Shown: positions 34,198 through 45,030, numbered from the stretch's first letter. The stretch: 64,000 nucleotides of DNA from Magnetococcales bacterium (GCA_015229115.1 JADGCH010000008.1:11405-75404); one strand, 5' to 3'. The notes: a model not told the origin generated them from the sequence alone. Made by a program: numbers and translations.

Positions 34198-36477
34198 CTA
34201 TGGGCGGCACGAATGGGCAGGGGTTTGCCATGAAAGGGTCGGACGATCCCTGTCCCCACTCAGATGTAACTGTACCGGACGCGGGTCGCGCCACCAGGGT
34301 GACCAGAACTGCAGCTGATCGTCCACGGTGCCTGAATCGTCATGACGACCCGAGCCCTGGATCTCCAGATCGTCGCTCTGGAGCAACAGATTACGAAACA
34401 ACACCCGTTCCTGATCGAGCACGACATCGACTGTGGCATGATCCCAGGCTATTTCGACACCTTCCAGCCGCTCTGGTGCCACGCCAGCCATCTTCTCATC
34501 CTGTTCAACCATGGGACGTTCCGGCCACTGCGGCCGGGTACTCCCCGACAGTCGCCCAGGCGCCAATTCCAGATGGAGTCGACCAGCTACCGGCCGTTCA
34601 ACACCATCGGCTGTCAACCAGCCCCGGAACGTGCTGTAGCCCGAGCAGCGTGCCGACTCGATCGATAACGGCATGCTGTCGTGGCCGACCAGCAGCGGTG
34701 CCAGCATCCGGTCCAGCAGGATGGGTTGCAAAGGCGTTTCCCCCAGTGCTTCAGCCACCACATCCTGGAAAGAGGTCGTGACATCATAGCCCCAGGTCGG
34801 CGCCTGACCATAGACCATGCCGGACAGGTTGACCCATCCCTGGGCCAGACGGAAGCGGGCTGTTGGTATGAAAAAACGGCTGCCCGACCAGCGCACATGC
34901 GCTGTACCATCGCTGATGTCAAACCCACCCAGATGAAACGGTCCGGTATTGAACCACATCTCGGCCACGGTCTGGTCGGGATGGCGGGACCAGGTCATCT
35001 GCACACGGCTGTCGCCGCGCAACGACCAGTGACGCAAGGCTGGCAGGTAGTCCTTCAGGAGTGTCCCCTCCACCTGACCCACCATGGTCAGCGACTGTGT
35101 CGGAGCCAACCGGCCAAACCACTCCAGGCGGGTACGGTCGGTGGCCGTCATGACGGCCTGCTGCAGATGCAATTCCTGATCAGCATAGCTGCCGCGCAGC
35201 TCCAGCATCAGGGGAACCCCCGCCTCCTTGTGAAAAGGCGGCCAAGCCAATGTAGCACGGGACAGGTCAAGCTGGCCAAAAAAGTTGACGGCACCAGCCC
35301 AGCTCCCCAGCAACAACCACTGACCCTTGATACGACCAGCCGGCAACGGCCACTCGATGGGCATGGCCAGATAGCGCTGCTCACGCATCAAACTGGCCAC
35401 CACGGCCATATCGACGGCCTGGAGTGCCGCTAGTTCGAGCGAGAAATGAGGCTGGCTCTGCAGCCATTGAACGGTACCCTTGACATCCAGCCAGGGCAGA
35501 TTGTTGAGGTGGATTCTGCCCTCCTGCAACAGCAGCAGAGGGACAAATCGCCGGTTGTGGTCCAGGTCGAGGCGCAACAGCGACTTCTGCTGTAGCGTTA
35601 GTTGCTGTACAGGCCATGGCGTGGGACGAGACAGCTGCGCCAAGCGCAGCTCAGCACGACTTTGAAGACCGTGCTGTATGTTGCCACGCAGCGTCAGGAC
35701 CAGTTGCCCTCGGGCAGCGCGCAGACCAGGCCAGATCTCCCCAAGATGCAGGGCGGTCAGCAAGGGGGCCAGTGTGGCAGCACCGAACGCCTTCATATCG
35801 ACATTGATCATGACCGGCAACGATAGCCATTCGCCACTAGCCGGTAACGGCCCTAGCTGTCCATCAAGCGTGAAGGGGACCCGCTTCAGCCGTCCCGACA
35901 ACCGGATCGGTGTTGGGCGCGTAGGGGAAAAATCGAGTAAATTGGCATGGACGCCATCCATCCAGACATCGGCCGGCCCGCTATGACCGGCAGGCTCGGT
36001 CAGAACCCGGCCATTGCGCACGGTCAGACGTCCAATGGTGCTGCTGACAGCCAACCGCTCCTGTTGCCGTTCTCCATGCTGACGCATCTCCTCCAGCAAG
36101 ACAAACAGCTGCTCCCCCCATGACTGGTCCGGTTGCTGATACAGACGGATCTGAGGATCGACCAGGGTTACTGAAGAAAACCGAAGGGTACCCTGCAACA
36201 GAAATTCCGGACTGAGACCGACGATCACCTCATCAATCTGAAGCAATGGCCGGCCGTCGGCGGCGGGAACAACCAACTGGTGCAGCTTGATCGCCAACCC
36301 CCCCAGTGGGAAAAAGGTCACCGTACCCACTTGGACCGGTCGCCCTAGCAACCGCTCAAAACTGGCTATCATGCGTTGCCCGGCTTGCGGTACATCCAGC
36401 AGCTGATGACCAACGGCCATCAAGAAGCCCGCAGCAGCAACCAGGATGATCAGTAACAGGATACGCCGTTTTTTCAT
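34198..36477 (-). CDS. AsmA-family outer-membrane biogenesis protein (tentative)
   Basis: N-terminal anchor MKKRRILLLIILVAAAGFLMAV, followed by a long beta-rich region of about 735 aa. The size and N-terminal pattern (V.VG.V.......L.I.L..L.V) resemble the AsmA family. Confidence 0.55.
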   Translation of the reverse strand: MKKRRILLLIILVAAAGFLMAVGHQLLDVPQAGQRMIASFERLLGRPVQVGTVTFFPLGGLAIKLHQLVVPAADGRPLLQIDEVIVGLSPEFLLQGTLRFSSVTLVDPQIRLYQQPDQSWGEQLFVLLEEMRQHGERQQERLAVSSTIGRLTVRNGRVLTEPAGHSGPADVWMDGVHANLLDFSPTRPTPIRLSGRLKRVPFTLDGQLGPLPASGEWLSLPVMINVDMKAFGAATLAPLLTALHLGEIWPGLRAARGQLVLTLRGNIQHGLQSRAELRLAQLSRPTPWPVQQLTLQQKSLLRLDLDHNRRFVPLLLLQEGRIHLNNLPWLDVKGTVQWLQSQPHFSLELAALQAVDMAVVASLMREQRYLAMPIEWPLPAGRIKGQWLLLGSWAGAVNFFGQLDLSRATLAWPPFHKEAGVPLMLELRGSYADQELHLQQAVMTATDRTRLEWFGRLAPTQSLTMVGQVEGTLLKDYLPALRHWSLRGDSRVQMTWSRHPDQTVAEMWFNTGPFHLGGFDISDGTAHVRWSGSRFFIPTARFRLAQGWVNLSGMVYGQAPTWGYDVTTSFQDVVAEALGETPLQPILLDRMLAPLLVGHDSMPLSIESARCSGYSTFRGWLTADGVERPVAGRLHLELAPGRLSGSTRPQWPERPMVEQDEKMAGVAPERLEGVEIAWDHATVDVVLDQERVLFRNLLLQSDDLEIQGSGRHDDSGTVDDQLQFWSPWWRDPRPVQLHLSGDRDRPTLSWQTPAHSCRP

Positions 36478-36496
36478 GGGACGGCATCAGCCTGTT

Positions 36497-37984
36497 TCAG
36501 GTTTCGGTTGCAGACAGGTAGCGCTGCAACAACTCATTGACCCGGGCTGGATTGGCCTTGCCACGTGTCGCCTTCATCACCTGACCAACAAAAAAAGGCA
36601 GCAGACGGGTCTGTCCGGCACGGTAACGCGCCAACTCATCCGGTGCAGACTGTAACACCGCCTGAATAGCCGCCTCAAGGGCCCCTTCGTCGCTGACCTG
36701 CTGCAATCCCAACCGCTCAACGATGGCTGATGGTGGCTCGGGTGGCGACGCAGAGGCATACATGCGAGCCAGCACATCCTTGGCAATCTTGCCGGAAATG
36801 GTGTTACGCTGGATCATGTCAATCAGCTGCGCCAGATGAGCCGCCGGCAACAGCGCCCTGGTTTTATCCGGGTCGTCGTTGAACCAAGTCAACAGATCAC
36901 CCATCATCCAGTTGGCTGCTATTTTGGCCATGGTCGGCGCGTTATCGGCCAGCTGCTGCGCCACCTGCTCAACCACCTGCTCGTAATAGTCAGCCAGTTC
37001 ACGGCCGGCCGTCAGGACTGCTGCATCGTAGTCAGACAGGCCATAATCGGCTATAAAACGCTGCCGACGTGCATCGGGAAGTTCTGGCAGTTGCTGCCGC
37101 AGTGACTCGATACGGGCTTCATCCAGTCGCAGCGGTGGCAGATCAGGCTCAGGAAAATAACGGTAGTCGTGTGCCTCCTCTTTGCCACGCATGGGACGCG
37201 TCACCCCTTGGCCAACATCCCAGAGGCGGGTCTCCTGACGCACCCGTTGGCCGCTTTCAAGCAGATCGATCTGCCGCTCGGCCTCATAGTCGATGGCGCG
37301 CATGACGTGACGGATGGAGTTGAGATTTTTCAGCTCACAACGGGTACCGAAGGCGTCATGACCACGACGTCGTACCGAGACATTGGCATCACACCGGAAA
37401 GATCCCTCCTCCATGTTGCCATCACAAACCCCGAGGTAGCGCACCAGGACACGCAGCTTTTTGAGATAGTCGCCCGCCTCGGCCGACGAGCGCAGATCAG
37501 GCTCGGAGACCACCTCCATCAGCGGAATACCGGTGCGGTTGAGATCAACCCACGACCCACCCGCTACGCCTTCATGCAAACTTTTGCCTGCATCGACCTC
37601 CATGTGGATACGGGTGATACCGACACGTTTGCGCTGGCCATCACTGTCATCAATCCAGAGCTCGCCATGCTCCACCAACGGCAACTCATATTGACTGATC
37701 TGATAACCGGCTGGCAGGTCAGGGTAAAAATAATTCTTGCGTGAAAACTCGCTCAACCGGTTGATACGGCCCTTAATGGCCAGACCGGTTTTGATGGCCA
37801 TGTTGACCGCTTCCTGGTTGAGTACCGGCAATACACCCGGAAAGGCGGCACAGACCGGACAGATTTGACGGTTGGCCCCAGCACCGAAACGGGTCGAACA
37901 ACGACAGAACAACTTGGAACGGGTCAGCATCTGGGCATGCACTTCCAGACCAATCACCACTTCGTAGTACGGATCAAGCGCCAT
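36497..37984 (-). CDS. gatB: Asp-tRNA(Asn)/Glu-tRNA(Gln) amidotransferase subunit B
   Basis: YEVVIGLEVHAQMLTRSKLFC.C...FGA.AN...CPVC...PGVLPVLN, ending with a YqeY-like C-terminus. Confidence 0.95.
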   Translation of the reverse strand: MALDPYYEVVIGLEVHAQMLTRSKLFCRCSTRFGAGANRQICPVCAAFPGVLPVLNQEAVNMAIKTGLAIKGRINRLSEFSRKNYFYPDLPAGYQISQYELPLVEHGELWIDDSDGQRKRVGITRIHMEVDAGKSLHEGVAGGSWVDLNRTGIPLMEVVSEPDLRSSAEAGDYLKKLRVLVRYLGVCDGNMEEGSFRCDANVSVRRRGHDAFGTRCELKNLNSIRHVMRAIDYEAERQIDLLESGQRVRQETRLWDVGQGVTRPMRGKEEAHDYRYFPEPDLPPLRLDEARIESLRQQLPELPDARRQRFIADYGLSDYDAAVLTAGRELADYYEQVVEQVAQQLADNAPTMAKIAANWMMGDLLTWFNDDPDKTRALLPAAHLAQLIDMIQRNTISGKIAKDVLARMYASASPPEPPSAIVERLGLQQVSDEGALEAAIQAVLQSAPDELARYRAGQTRLLPFFVGQVMKATRGKANPARVNELLQRYLSATET

Positions 37985-37999
37985 CTCTTCTCTCCCTGG

Positions 38000-39475
38000 T
38001 CATCCACCCACGGCCGACAGATCGGGACGTCGGCAGTGCCATTCGGTGGCCTGCTGAAAAAGGTGCCCGGCACGCAACAGACCTGCCTCATCCAGCGGTC
38101 GACCGATCAGCTGCATGCCGATGGGCAGACCCTGACGGTCAAAACCACAAGGAAGCGCCAACGCTGGCAACCCGGCCAGATTGACGTTGATGGTAAAGAT
38201 ATCGGACAGGTACATGGTGACAGGATCGGCCGTCCGGGTTGCCAACGGAAAAGCGGTATCGGGACTGGTCAGGGTCAACAGCAGATCGACCGAGCGAAAA
38301 GCCTGATAAAAATCATCGGCGATCAGGCGCCTCACCTTCTGCGCCTTGCGATAATAGGCATCGTAGTAACCAGACGATAGCACATAGGTCCCGAGCATGA
38401 TGCGCCGCTTGACCTCGGCACCGAACCCTTCAGCCCGACTGCGGCTATGAAGATCCTGGACATCTTGTGGCTGCTGGCAACGATAGCCAAACTTGACACC
38501 ATCATAACGGGCCAGGTTGGATGAGGCCTCGGCCGGAGCCAGGATGTAGTAGGTCGGCACGGCATAGCGGGTATGCGGCAGTGAAACCTCCTGAAAGGTC
38601 ACGCCCAAATCACGCCACACCTGCTGGGCCGTCGTCATGGCCGCCACCACGTCCGGCGCCAGATTGTCGTCATGCAGATATTCCCGCGGCAGGCCAATGC
38701 GCAACGGTCCTGTCTGTTGTGTCATAGCCGCCTGATAGTCGGGTACCGGCGCATCGATGCTGGTGGCATCGAGCGGATCGAAACCAGCCATCTGCTGCAA
38801 CAGCAGGGCAGCATCTGCCACAGTCTGCGTCATCGGTCCAGCCTGATCGAGTGACGAGGCAAAGGCGATCATGCCAAAACGGGACACCCGGCCGTAGGTA
38901 GGTTTCAAGCCAACCGTACCGGTCAACGCTGCCGGCTGACGGATGGAACCACCGGTATCAGTACCGGTAGCAGCCAGACATAGCCGAGCGGCTACGGCCG
39001 CTGCCGATCCCCCTGACGATCCTCCCGGAGTACGGGTCAGGTCCCATGGGTTGCGCGTCACACCAAACCAGGAGCTCTCGGTCGAAGAACCCATGGCAAA
39101 TTCGTCCATGTTGCTCTTACCGAGAATGACGGCGCCAGCCTGTCGTAACCGGCTGGTCACGGTTGCATCGTAAGGAGGGACAAAATTGGCCAGCATGCGT
39201 GAGCCACAACTGGTACGCAGGCCGCGAGTACAGAAGATATCCTTGTGGGCCAGTGGAATGCCGGTCAGGGGACCCGCATCACCGCTTGCGATACGCTGAT
39301 CCGCATGCCTTGCCTGCTCCAGCGCGCCTTCCGGATCAAGGGTGATATAAGCCCCGATATGGGGATCCAATCGCTCAATGCGCTGTAACAGCGCCTGGGT
39401 TAATTCCAGCGCCGAACAATGCCCAGCATGTAAAGCCTCGGAGGCCTGCGCCAGCGTCCAATCAGAACATTCCAT
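38000..39475 (-). CDS. gatA: Glutamyl-tRNA(Gln) amidotransferase subunit A
   Basis: Amidase signature [13 protein letters not shown], plus [19 protein letters not shown]. Confidence 0.95.
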   Translation of the reverse strand: MECSDWTLAQASEALHAGHCSALELTQALLQRIERLDPHIGAYITLDPEGALEQARHADQRIASGDAGPLTGIPLAHKDIFCTRGLRTSCGSRMLANFVPPYDATVTSRLRQAGAVILGKSNMDEFAMGSSTESSWFGVTRNPWDLTRTPGGSSGGSAAAVAARLCLAATGTDTGGSIRQPAALTGTVGLKPTYGRVSRFGMIAFASSLDQAGPMTQTVADAALLLQQMAGFDPLDATSIDAPVPDYQAAMTQQTGPLRIGLPREYLHDDNLAPDVVAAMTTAQQVWRDLGVTFQEVSLPHTRYAVPTYYILAPAEASSNLARYDGVKFGYRCQQPQDVQDLHSRSRAEGFGAEVKRRIMLGTYVLSSGYYDAYYRKAQKVRRLIADDFYQAFRSVDLLLTLTSPDTAFPLATRTADPVTMYLSDIFTINVNLAGLPALALPCGFDRQGLPIGMQLIGRPLDEAGLLRAGHLFQQATEWHCRRPDLSAVGG

Positions 39476-39492
39476 AGATCCCTACTACACCC

Positions 39493-39804
39493 CTATTCGA
39501 TCACCTTCGGAACACAAAAATAGCCTTGTTCCACCTCCGGAGCACAAGCGAGCAATTTCTCGTGCCAATCGACGTCATCATCCGGCTGATCGGGCCGTTC
39601 ACGCAGGATCCTGTCAACGGCGTGGCTCATCGGTGCAATATCCTCGGTTGGCAACTGGTTCAACGTCGCCATCAGGTCAAGGATCGGTGCCAGCTGCTGC
39701 CCGTACAGCTGTTCCTCTGCCTCAGTCAATTTAAGACGGGCCAAGGCAGCCACATGACGTACCATCTGCCGTTGGGCTGAATCAGTGGTTGCGCTGCTGC
39801 TCAT
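39493..39804 (-). CDS. gatC: Glu-tRNA(Gln) amidotransferase subunit C
   Basis: VRHVAALARLKLTEAEEQ ... L......D....M.H. pattern. ATG 39804 lies 20 nt inside the 3' end of rnfE. The alternative ATG 39765 would give 90 aa. Confidence 0.8.
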   Translation of the reverse strand: MSSSATTDSAQRQMVRHVAALARLKLTEAEEQLYGQQLAPILDLMATLNQLPTEDIAPMSHAVDRILRERPDQPDDDVDWHEKLLACAPEVEQGYFCVPKVIE

Positions 39805-40399
39805 ACCAACGCACCCCCGCGATCATCAAACCGAGCACCATAAACGCTCCTGGAGGTAGCACAAAGACCAGTATCGGGTGATACCCGCTACCAAACAGAT
39901 CGAGCCCAAACCAGTGGCCACTGCCGAGAATCTCGCGTAACGAACCCAGAATGACCAGCGCCAGGGTAAAACCCAATCCGGAAGCAAGGCCATCAATCGC
40001 TGATGCCCGCACGGTATTCTTGGAGGCAAAGGCCTCAGCCCGACCGAGAATGATGCAGTTGACAACGATCAGTGGGATAAAAATCCCCAGCACCTTGTGC
40101 AGATCGTGAACAAAGGCATTCATGGTCAAATCGATGATGGTGACAAAGGCGGCGATCACCACCACATAGGCTGGAATACGCACCTCAGCCGGGATCAGAT
40201 TGCGAATCATGGCGATGGCCACATTGGAACCAACCAGCACGCCGATGGTCGCCAGCCCCATACCCACCCCATTAATCGCATTGGTCGTCACCGCCAATGT
40301 TGGACACATGCCCAGCAACTGGACAAAAATGGGATTACCGGTCCAGAACGCATCGACAAACACCTTGCGCTGTTCCGGTGATACCAGCGAGTTACTCAT
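39782..40399 (-). CDS. rnfE: Rnf/Rsx electron-transport complex subunit E
   Basis: NPIFVQLLGMCPTLAVTT ... IPLIVVNCIILGRAEAFASKN. Six TM segments. Confidence 0.9.
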   Translation of the reverse strand: MSNSLVSPEQRKVFVDAFWTGNPIFVQLLGMCPTLAVTTNAINGVGMGLATIGVLVGSNVAIAMIRNLIPAEVRIPAYVVVIAAFVTIIDLTMNAFVHDLHKVLGIFIPLIVVNCIILGRAEAFASKNTVRASAIDGLASGLGFTLALVILGSLREILGSGHWFGLDLFGSGYHPILVFVLPPGAFMVLGLMIAGVRWYEQQRNH

Positions 40400-41007
40400 G
40401 ATCCCCTCCGTGCCAATACCTTCTGCTGGTTTTCAACAAAAAAACCGAGTCCACGTTTGACGGCATTGACCACCGCACGCGGACTGATGGTAGCACCGGC
40501 AAACTGGTCAAAATCGCCGCCATCCTTTTTGACCGACCAGCGACTGCTGGTCAGGGACTGTCCGGCAAAACGGGACAGCCAAACCGAATCGACGATCTTG
40601 TCACCCAGGCCGGGTGTCTCCTTGTGCGCCACAACTTGAACACTCTGCAAGCGACCATCACTGCGTACAGCCATCATGATGCCAATTTCACCGGCATAAC
40701 CATCCGGAGCAGTGACGATAAAGGCGGCTCCGAGATAACTGTCACCACGGGCGGCACGGTAAAAGGTCACCGGCGTGCCCTTTCGGTTCAGTCGTGGATC
40801 GCTCAGAGTCACGATATCCTGGTCAGGCTGGTTATCAAAGCCGGGCGGCAACACCTGAGTCAGCATAGCCAACGTCTCCTGCCGTTTGGCATCGGCAATG
40901 CGCTCGCTGGTGAGCTGATCGGTACCCGATAGCAGCGCGGTAGCCACCATGCCGGTCACCATCAACACCCAGCCCATTTTTACGTAGTCGGGCATATTTT
41001 TGATCAT
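40396..41007 (-). CDS. rnfG: Rnf/Rsx complex subunit G (FMN-binding)
   Basis: FMN_bind motif HKETPGLGDK and FDQFAGATISPRAV. I chose ATG 41007 because AGGAGG lies 6 nt upstream; the ORF track starts at 41055. The stop overlaps the rnfE ATG (ATGA). Confidence 0.85.
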   Translation of the reverse strand: MIKNMPDYVKMGWVLMVTGMVATALLSGTDQLTSERIADAKRQETLAMLTQVLPPGFDNQPDQDIVTLSDPRLNRKGTPVTFYRAARGDSYLGAAFIVTAPDGYAGEIGIMMAVRSDGRLQSVQVVAHKETPGLGDKIVDSVWLSRFAGQSLTSSRWSVKKDGGDFDQFAGATISPRAVVNAVKRGLGFFVENQQKVLARRGS

Positions 41008-41017
41008 CGGTAGCCTC

Positions 41018-42118
41018 CTATAAGCCCATTTTCTGCTGGCGCCGCGATTTACCATACACCGTGGGACGGGTATACTGGTCCAGCAGAGGTACCGTAGCGT
41101 TCATGATCACGATGGCGAAGGAGACTCCCTCCGGGTAGCCGCCCCAGGTACGGATGATATAGGTCAGCAAGCCGCAGCCCAGGCCAAACAGCAGCTGTCC
41201 CCCTGGTGTGACCGGTGAGGTCACCAGATCGGTAGCCATGAAAAAGGCGCCGAGAATCAGGCCACCGGTCAGCAGATGAAACAACGGACTGGGGTAACTG
41301 TTGTTGTCGATCACCCAGAAAACAGCCGCCGGTACAATGCAGCCAACCAACATCGACACCGGAATATGCCAGGTAAAGATACGCTTGCGCAACATGTAGA
41401 AACCGCCCAGCGCCAACAGCAACGCTGACGTCTCTCCCAACGAACCGTTAATGGTGCCCATGGCCGAAGCAAAATAGCTGAAGGGGTGTCCACCGGCAGC
41501 CAGGGCCTGCGGTACAGTCTGTCCCATGCTGATACCAGTACGATACTGCCCCAGCGGCGTGGCCGAGGTGATGGCATCAATGCCGGTACCGACCATCGGA
41601 CCAGGATCGCCACCGAAAAAGATGACCATACCCTGTCCTAACGTCCAGGCCTGATCACCAAAAATGAAGTGAGGATCAGGCCAAATGGTCATCTGGAGCG
41701 GAAAAGAGATCAACAGGAAAACGCGGGCAATCAGTGCTGGATTGAAGATGTTATAACCAAGGCCACCATGAATCTGCTTGCCTGCCGCTATGGCGAAAAA
41801 ACCGCCCAGCAGGCAGATCCACCAAGGCGAATGAGGTGGCAGGGTCAGACCCAGCAACAAACCGGTCAACAACGCCGACTGATCAGCCAGGGGCGATGGC
41901 CTCTGACGCAGGCGCATGAACAGCTGTTCGGTGACGACACAGCTCAACATGGTACTGACCAACACCAGCAAAGCCGGCCAGCCAAACATCATGACGGCAA
42001 AGGCAGTCGCTGGCATCAGTGCCACGATAACCGTGTGCATCACCTGCGCCACCGAGTCTCCGCCATGAACATGGGGAGAGGAGCTGGATAGAAAGATCGG
42101 ATGGTTCATCGATACCAC
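41018..42118 (-). CDS. rnfD: Rnf/Rsx complex subunit D
   Basis: Polytopic NqrB/RnfD family: SSSPHVH, ...GYNIFNPALIARVFLLISFP, ...ITSATPLG. Confidence 0.9.
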   Translation of the reverse strand: MVSMNHPIFLSSSSPHVHGGDSVAQVMHTVIVALMPATAFAVMMFGWPALLVLVSTMLSCVVTEQLFMRLRQRPSPLADQSALLTGLLLGLTLPPHSPWWICLLGGFFAIAAGKQIHGGLGYNIFNPALIARVFLLISFPLQMTIWPDPHFIFGDQAWTLGQGMVIFFGGDPGPMVGTGIDAITSATPLGQYRTGISMGQTVPQALAAGGHPFSYFASAMGTINGSLGETSALLLALGGFYMLRKRIFTWHIPVSMLVGCIVPAAVFWVIDNNSYPSPLFHLLTGGLILGAFFMATDLVTSPVTPGGQLLFGLGCGLLTYIIRTWGGYPEGVSFAIVIMNATVPLLDQYTRPTVYGKSRRQQKMGL

Positions 42119-42119
42119 C

Positions 42120-43865
42120 TTACTGCTTCGATTGATTGGATTGATCCGTTGCGGCCTGTTGCCGTTCGGCTACCGCCCGGGCAGCGACACCTCTGGCACG
42201 GGCGGTGCGGGCGCGTGTCGCAGCAGCACGCGAAGCCTTGTCGGTACCAGGCTCCACGACCATATCGTCGAGTGGATCAAGGACCGCCGTCGTCACCGCC
42301 GGTGCCGATGGTGCGGCCGTTGGCACCCCCGTCTCTAGTATCGATGTCTCAGCCACAGGGGCAGCCGGTTGATCAGCAGCCGCTGCCGCTGCGGCAGCAC
42401 GTGCAGCAGCCATGCTGCTGGCCTTGGCTTTCATTTCCAGTTTCTTGCGTTCACGTTCCGCCTTCTCACGGGCCAGTCGGTCCTCCCGCGCCTGGGTACG
42501 CGCCTTAGCCAACTCGGCCTTGCGGCGTTCCCGCCCCTGAGCCTGAATCGACAGCTTGCCATAACGGAAATAGTGCACCAAGGGAATATGGGCCGGACAA
42601 ACATAGGAGCAGGAACCACACTCGATACAGTCGAACAGGTCGTGCCGCTGCAGCGTATCAAACTGATCGTGACGGGCTAGCCACGCCATATCACACGGCA
42701 TCAGCCGCATGGGACAGGCCTCGACGCAATGGCCGCAGCGGATGCAGGCCTGCTCCTGCTGCTGCACCACCACATCATCCATTAGGGCCAGCACGCCGGA
42801 GGTGCCCTTGACGACCGGCACATCCAGTGACTGCAGGGCAACACCCATCATCGGTCCACCCGAGATGAGTTTTTTAACGCCGGGCTTCAAACCACCACAA
42901 TGATCCACCAAGGTACGTAACGGTGTACCGATCAGCACCCGCACATTGGCTGGCCGGACCACTCCCTCGCCGGTGACGGTGACAATACGGGAAATCAGTG
43001 GTTTGCCATGCAACACCGCATCGCGGATGGCCACGGCCGTACCCACATTGTGGACAATGACACCGACATCGACCGGCAAACCACCCGAGGGCACCTGCCG
43101 ACTGGTCAGCACCTCAATCAGCTGCTTTTCAGCTCCCTGGGGGTAGCGCACCGGCAACACCCGCACCTCCATGTCGGCATGACCGACAATAGCCTGCTGC
43201 ATGGCCCGGATCGCCGCCGGCTTGTTTTCCTCAATGGCGATGATACAGCGCTTGGTCCACAGGGCGTGTAGCATAATGGCAATGCCGGCCACGATGTCAG
43301 CGGCACACTCCTCCATCAGACGGGCGTCGCAAGTCAGATAGGGCTCGCATTCAACACCATTGATGATCAGCAGCTCAACAGCCTTACCCTTGGGACGGGA
43401 CAGCTTGATAAAACTGGGAAAAGTGGCTCCCCCCAGCCCAACCACACCCGCGTCGCGAATACGATCACGCAGTTGCTGCGGCGGCATAGTAAAAGGGTCC
43501 TCAATGGCCTGCAACGTCTCCAGCCAATGATCGGTGCCATCCGGCTCAATCAGGGCACACAGCATCGACAGGCCCGATGGGTGCATGGCCGGACGATCGA
43601 CGAAATCGACCAACAGTCCGGAGGTAGGAGCATGGACCGCCGCCGAGACAAACCCTTCGGCACGACCAATCACCTCGCCCTTATCAACATGACTGCCTGG
43701 CGAGACGCACGGCTCACAGGGAGCACCAATGTGCTGGTGCAGAGGAACATAGAGCTGTTCTGGCAACGGCATGGTCTCTATAGCGCACTGTTCAGACAGG
43801 TTCTTGCGCTCTTCGGGGTGCACCCCACCATGAAAGGCTCTCAGCAATCTGGCCGCAATTCCCAT
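42120..43865 (-). CDS. rnfC: Rnf/Rsx complex subunit C (with Ala/Arg/Lys-rich C-terminal extension)
   Basis: FHGGVHPEE.K, GLGGATFPS..KL, and two 4Fe-4S motifs CIRCGHCVEACP and CIECGSCSYVCP. The low-complexity tail starts at about aa 440. Confidence 0.9.
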   Translation of the reverse strand: MGIAARLLRAFHGGVHPEERKNLSEQCAIETMPLPEQLYVPLHQHIGAPCEPCVSPGSHVDKGEVIGRAEGFVSAAVHAPTSGLLVDFVDRPAMHPSGLSMLCALIEPDGTDHWLETLQAIEDPFTMPPQQLRDRIRDAGVVGLGGATFPSFIKLSRPKGKAVELLIINGVECEPYLTCDARLMEECAADIVAGIAIMLHALWTKRCIIAIEENKPAAIRAMQQAIVGHADMEVRVLPVRYPQGAEKQLIEVLTSRQVPSGGLPVDVGVIVHNVGTAVAIRDAVLHGKPLISRIVTVTGEGVVRPANVRVLIGTPLRTLVDHCGGLKPGVKKLISGGPMMGVALQSLDVPVVKGTSGVLALMDDVVVQQQEQACIRCGHCVEACPMRLMPCDMAWLARHDQFDTLQRHDLFDCIECGSCSYVCPAHIPLVHYFRYGKLSIQAQGRERRKAELAKARTQAREDRLAREKAERERKKLEMKAKASSMAAARAAAAAAAADQPAAPVAETSILETGVPTAAPSAPAVTTAVLDPLDDMVVEPGTDKASRAAATRARTARARGVAARAVAERQQAATDQSNQSKQ

Positions 43866-43877
43866 GGTATCGACTCC

Positions 43878-44438
43878 TTATGCTGCCGTTGGCAAAGCCG
43901 CAACCGGCCCAGCCGGCTTCTGCCATTTCCATTCGTAGACCGTCGCTGCCACCGGGACCATTTCGATGCAGTTAACCGGACAGGGTTTGATGCAGGCATC
44001 GCAGTTGGTGCACTCATCGGCAATAACAGTGTGGGCCTGCTTGTTGGCACCGACAATGGCATCGACCGGACAGGCCTTGACACAGGCGGTACAGCCAATG
44101 CAGAGCGCTTCGTTGATGAAGGCCACCCGTGGCCCAGGATCGTTGCCAATCGGTTTTGGCTCGACACCGAGCAGCACGGCCAGCTCTTCCATGGTACGCA
44201 CACCACCCGGCATGCAGAGGTTGATTTCAGCGTTACCACTCGACATGGCCTGAGCATAAGCATGGCAACCGGCAAAACCGCAGTTGCCGCAGTTGGTAGC
44301 CGGCAGGGCATTGGTCAGCCTGTCAACCAGTGGATCTTCCTCGACGTGGAAGCGCTTGGCAGCGATTCCCAATCCGATACCAGACAGCAGCGACAACAAG
44401 CTCATACTGACGATTGCAATCACGATCATCCAGAACAT
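43878..44438 (-). CDS. rnfB: Rnf/Rsx complex subunit B (ferredoxin-like)
   Basis: CGNCGFAGCHAYA plus CIGCTACVKACP and CTNCDACIKPCP. I chose ATG 44438 (AGGAGG-attgagaca-ATG); the ORF track's 44579 start runs into rnfA. Confidence 0.9.
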   Translation of the reverse strand: MFWMIVIAIVSMSLLSLLSGIGLGIAAKRFHVEEDPLVDRLTNALPATNCGNCGFAGCHAYAQAMSSGNAEINLCMPGGVRTMEELAVLLGVEPKPIGNDPGPRVAFINEALCIGCTACVKACPVDAIVGANKQAHTVIADECTNCDACIKPCPVNCIEMVPVAATVYEWKWQKPAGPVAALPTAA

Positions 44439-44451
44439 TGTCTCAATCCTC

Positions 44452-45030
44452 CTATTTGACCAGACCGCTGAACCCCATGAAGGCCAGTGACAACAGGCTG
44501 GCATTGAGCAGTGAAATCGGTGCTCCCTTGAACAGCGCTGGCACATCGGAAAGATCAATACGCTCACGCATACCAGCAAACAGGGTCAGGGCCATGCCGA
44601 AGCCAAGTCCACCCCCAGCCCCATAAATGGCCGCGCTCAGAAATCCGTTTTCCATCTGGATGTTAAGAATGGCCACACCTAGCACCGCACAGTTGGTGGT
44701 GATAAGCGGCAGATAGATTCCCAGGGCGGCAAACAGTACCGGACTGCTCTTGCGAATGACCATCTCGATGAACTGCACCAAAGCGGCAATGACCAGAATG
44801 AAGGCCAAGGTCTGCAGATAACCCAGCCCGAAGGGATCGAGTATGAACTTCTGCACCAGCCAGGTGATCACCGATGCCAGCGTCATGACAAACACCACAG
44901 CCATGGTCATGCCAATGGCCGTTTCCACCTTCTTGGAGACACCAAGAAAGGGACAAATTCCCAGGAATTTGGATAAAACGAAATTATTGACGAAGATGGT
45001 CGAAACCAGAATCAGCAGAAAATCGGTCAT
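44452..45030 (-). CDS. rnfA: Rnf/Rsx complex subunit A
   Basis: [20 protein letters not shown], ...[15 protein letters not shown] chose ATG 45030 (MTDFLLILV), giving the typical length of about 192 aa. Confidence 0.9.
   Translation of the reverse strand: MTDFLLILVSTIFVNNFVLSKFLGICPFLGVSKKVETAIGMTMAVVFVMTLASVITWLVQKFILDPFGLGYLQTLAFILVIAALVQFIEMVIRKSSPVLFAALGIYLPLITTNCAVLGVAILNIQMENGFLSAAIYGAGGGLGFGMALTLFAGMRERIDLSDVPALFKGAPISLLNASLLSLAFMGFSGLVK

Noticed and set aside
42120-42560. The Ala/Arg/Lys/Glu-rich low-complexity C-terminal tail of RnfC as a novelty.
   Set aside because: Variable low-complexity C-terminal extensions are a known feature of RnfC/RsxC proteins, so this is not unusual.
26308-44459. 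Long antisense ORFs opposite well-supported genes (26308-27102, 30613-31332, 34681-35433, 37169-37744, 43473-44459).
   Set aside because: In each case the opposite strand encodes a protein with multiple diagnostic motifs (kinase, NarL regulator, AsmA-like, GatB, RnfC/B). The antisense products are Arg/Gln/His-rich with no motifs.
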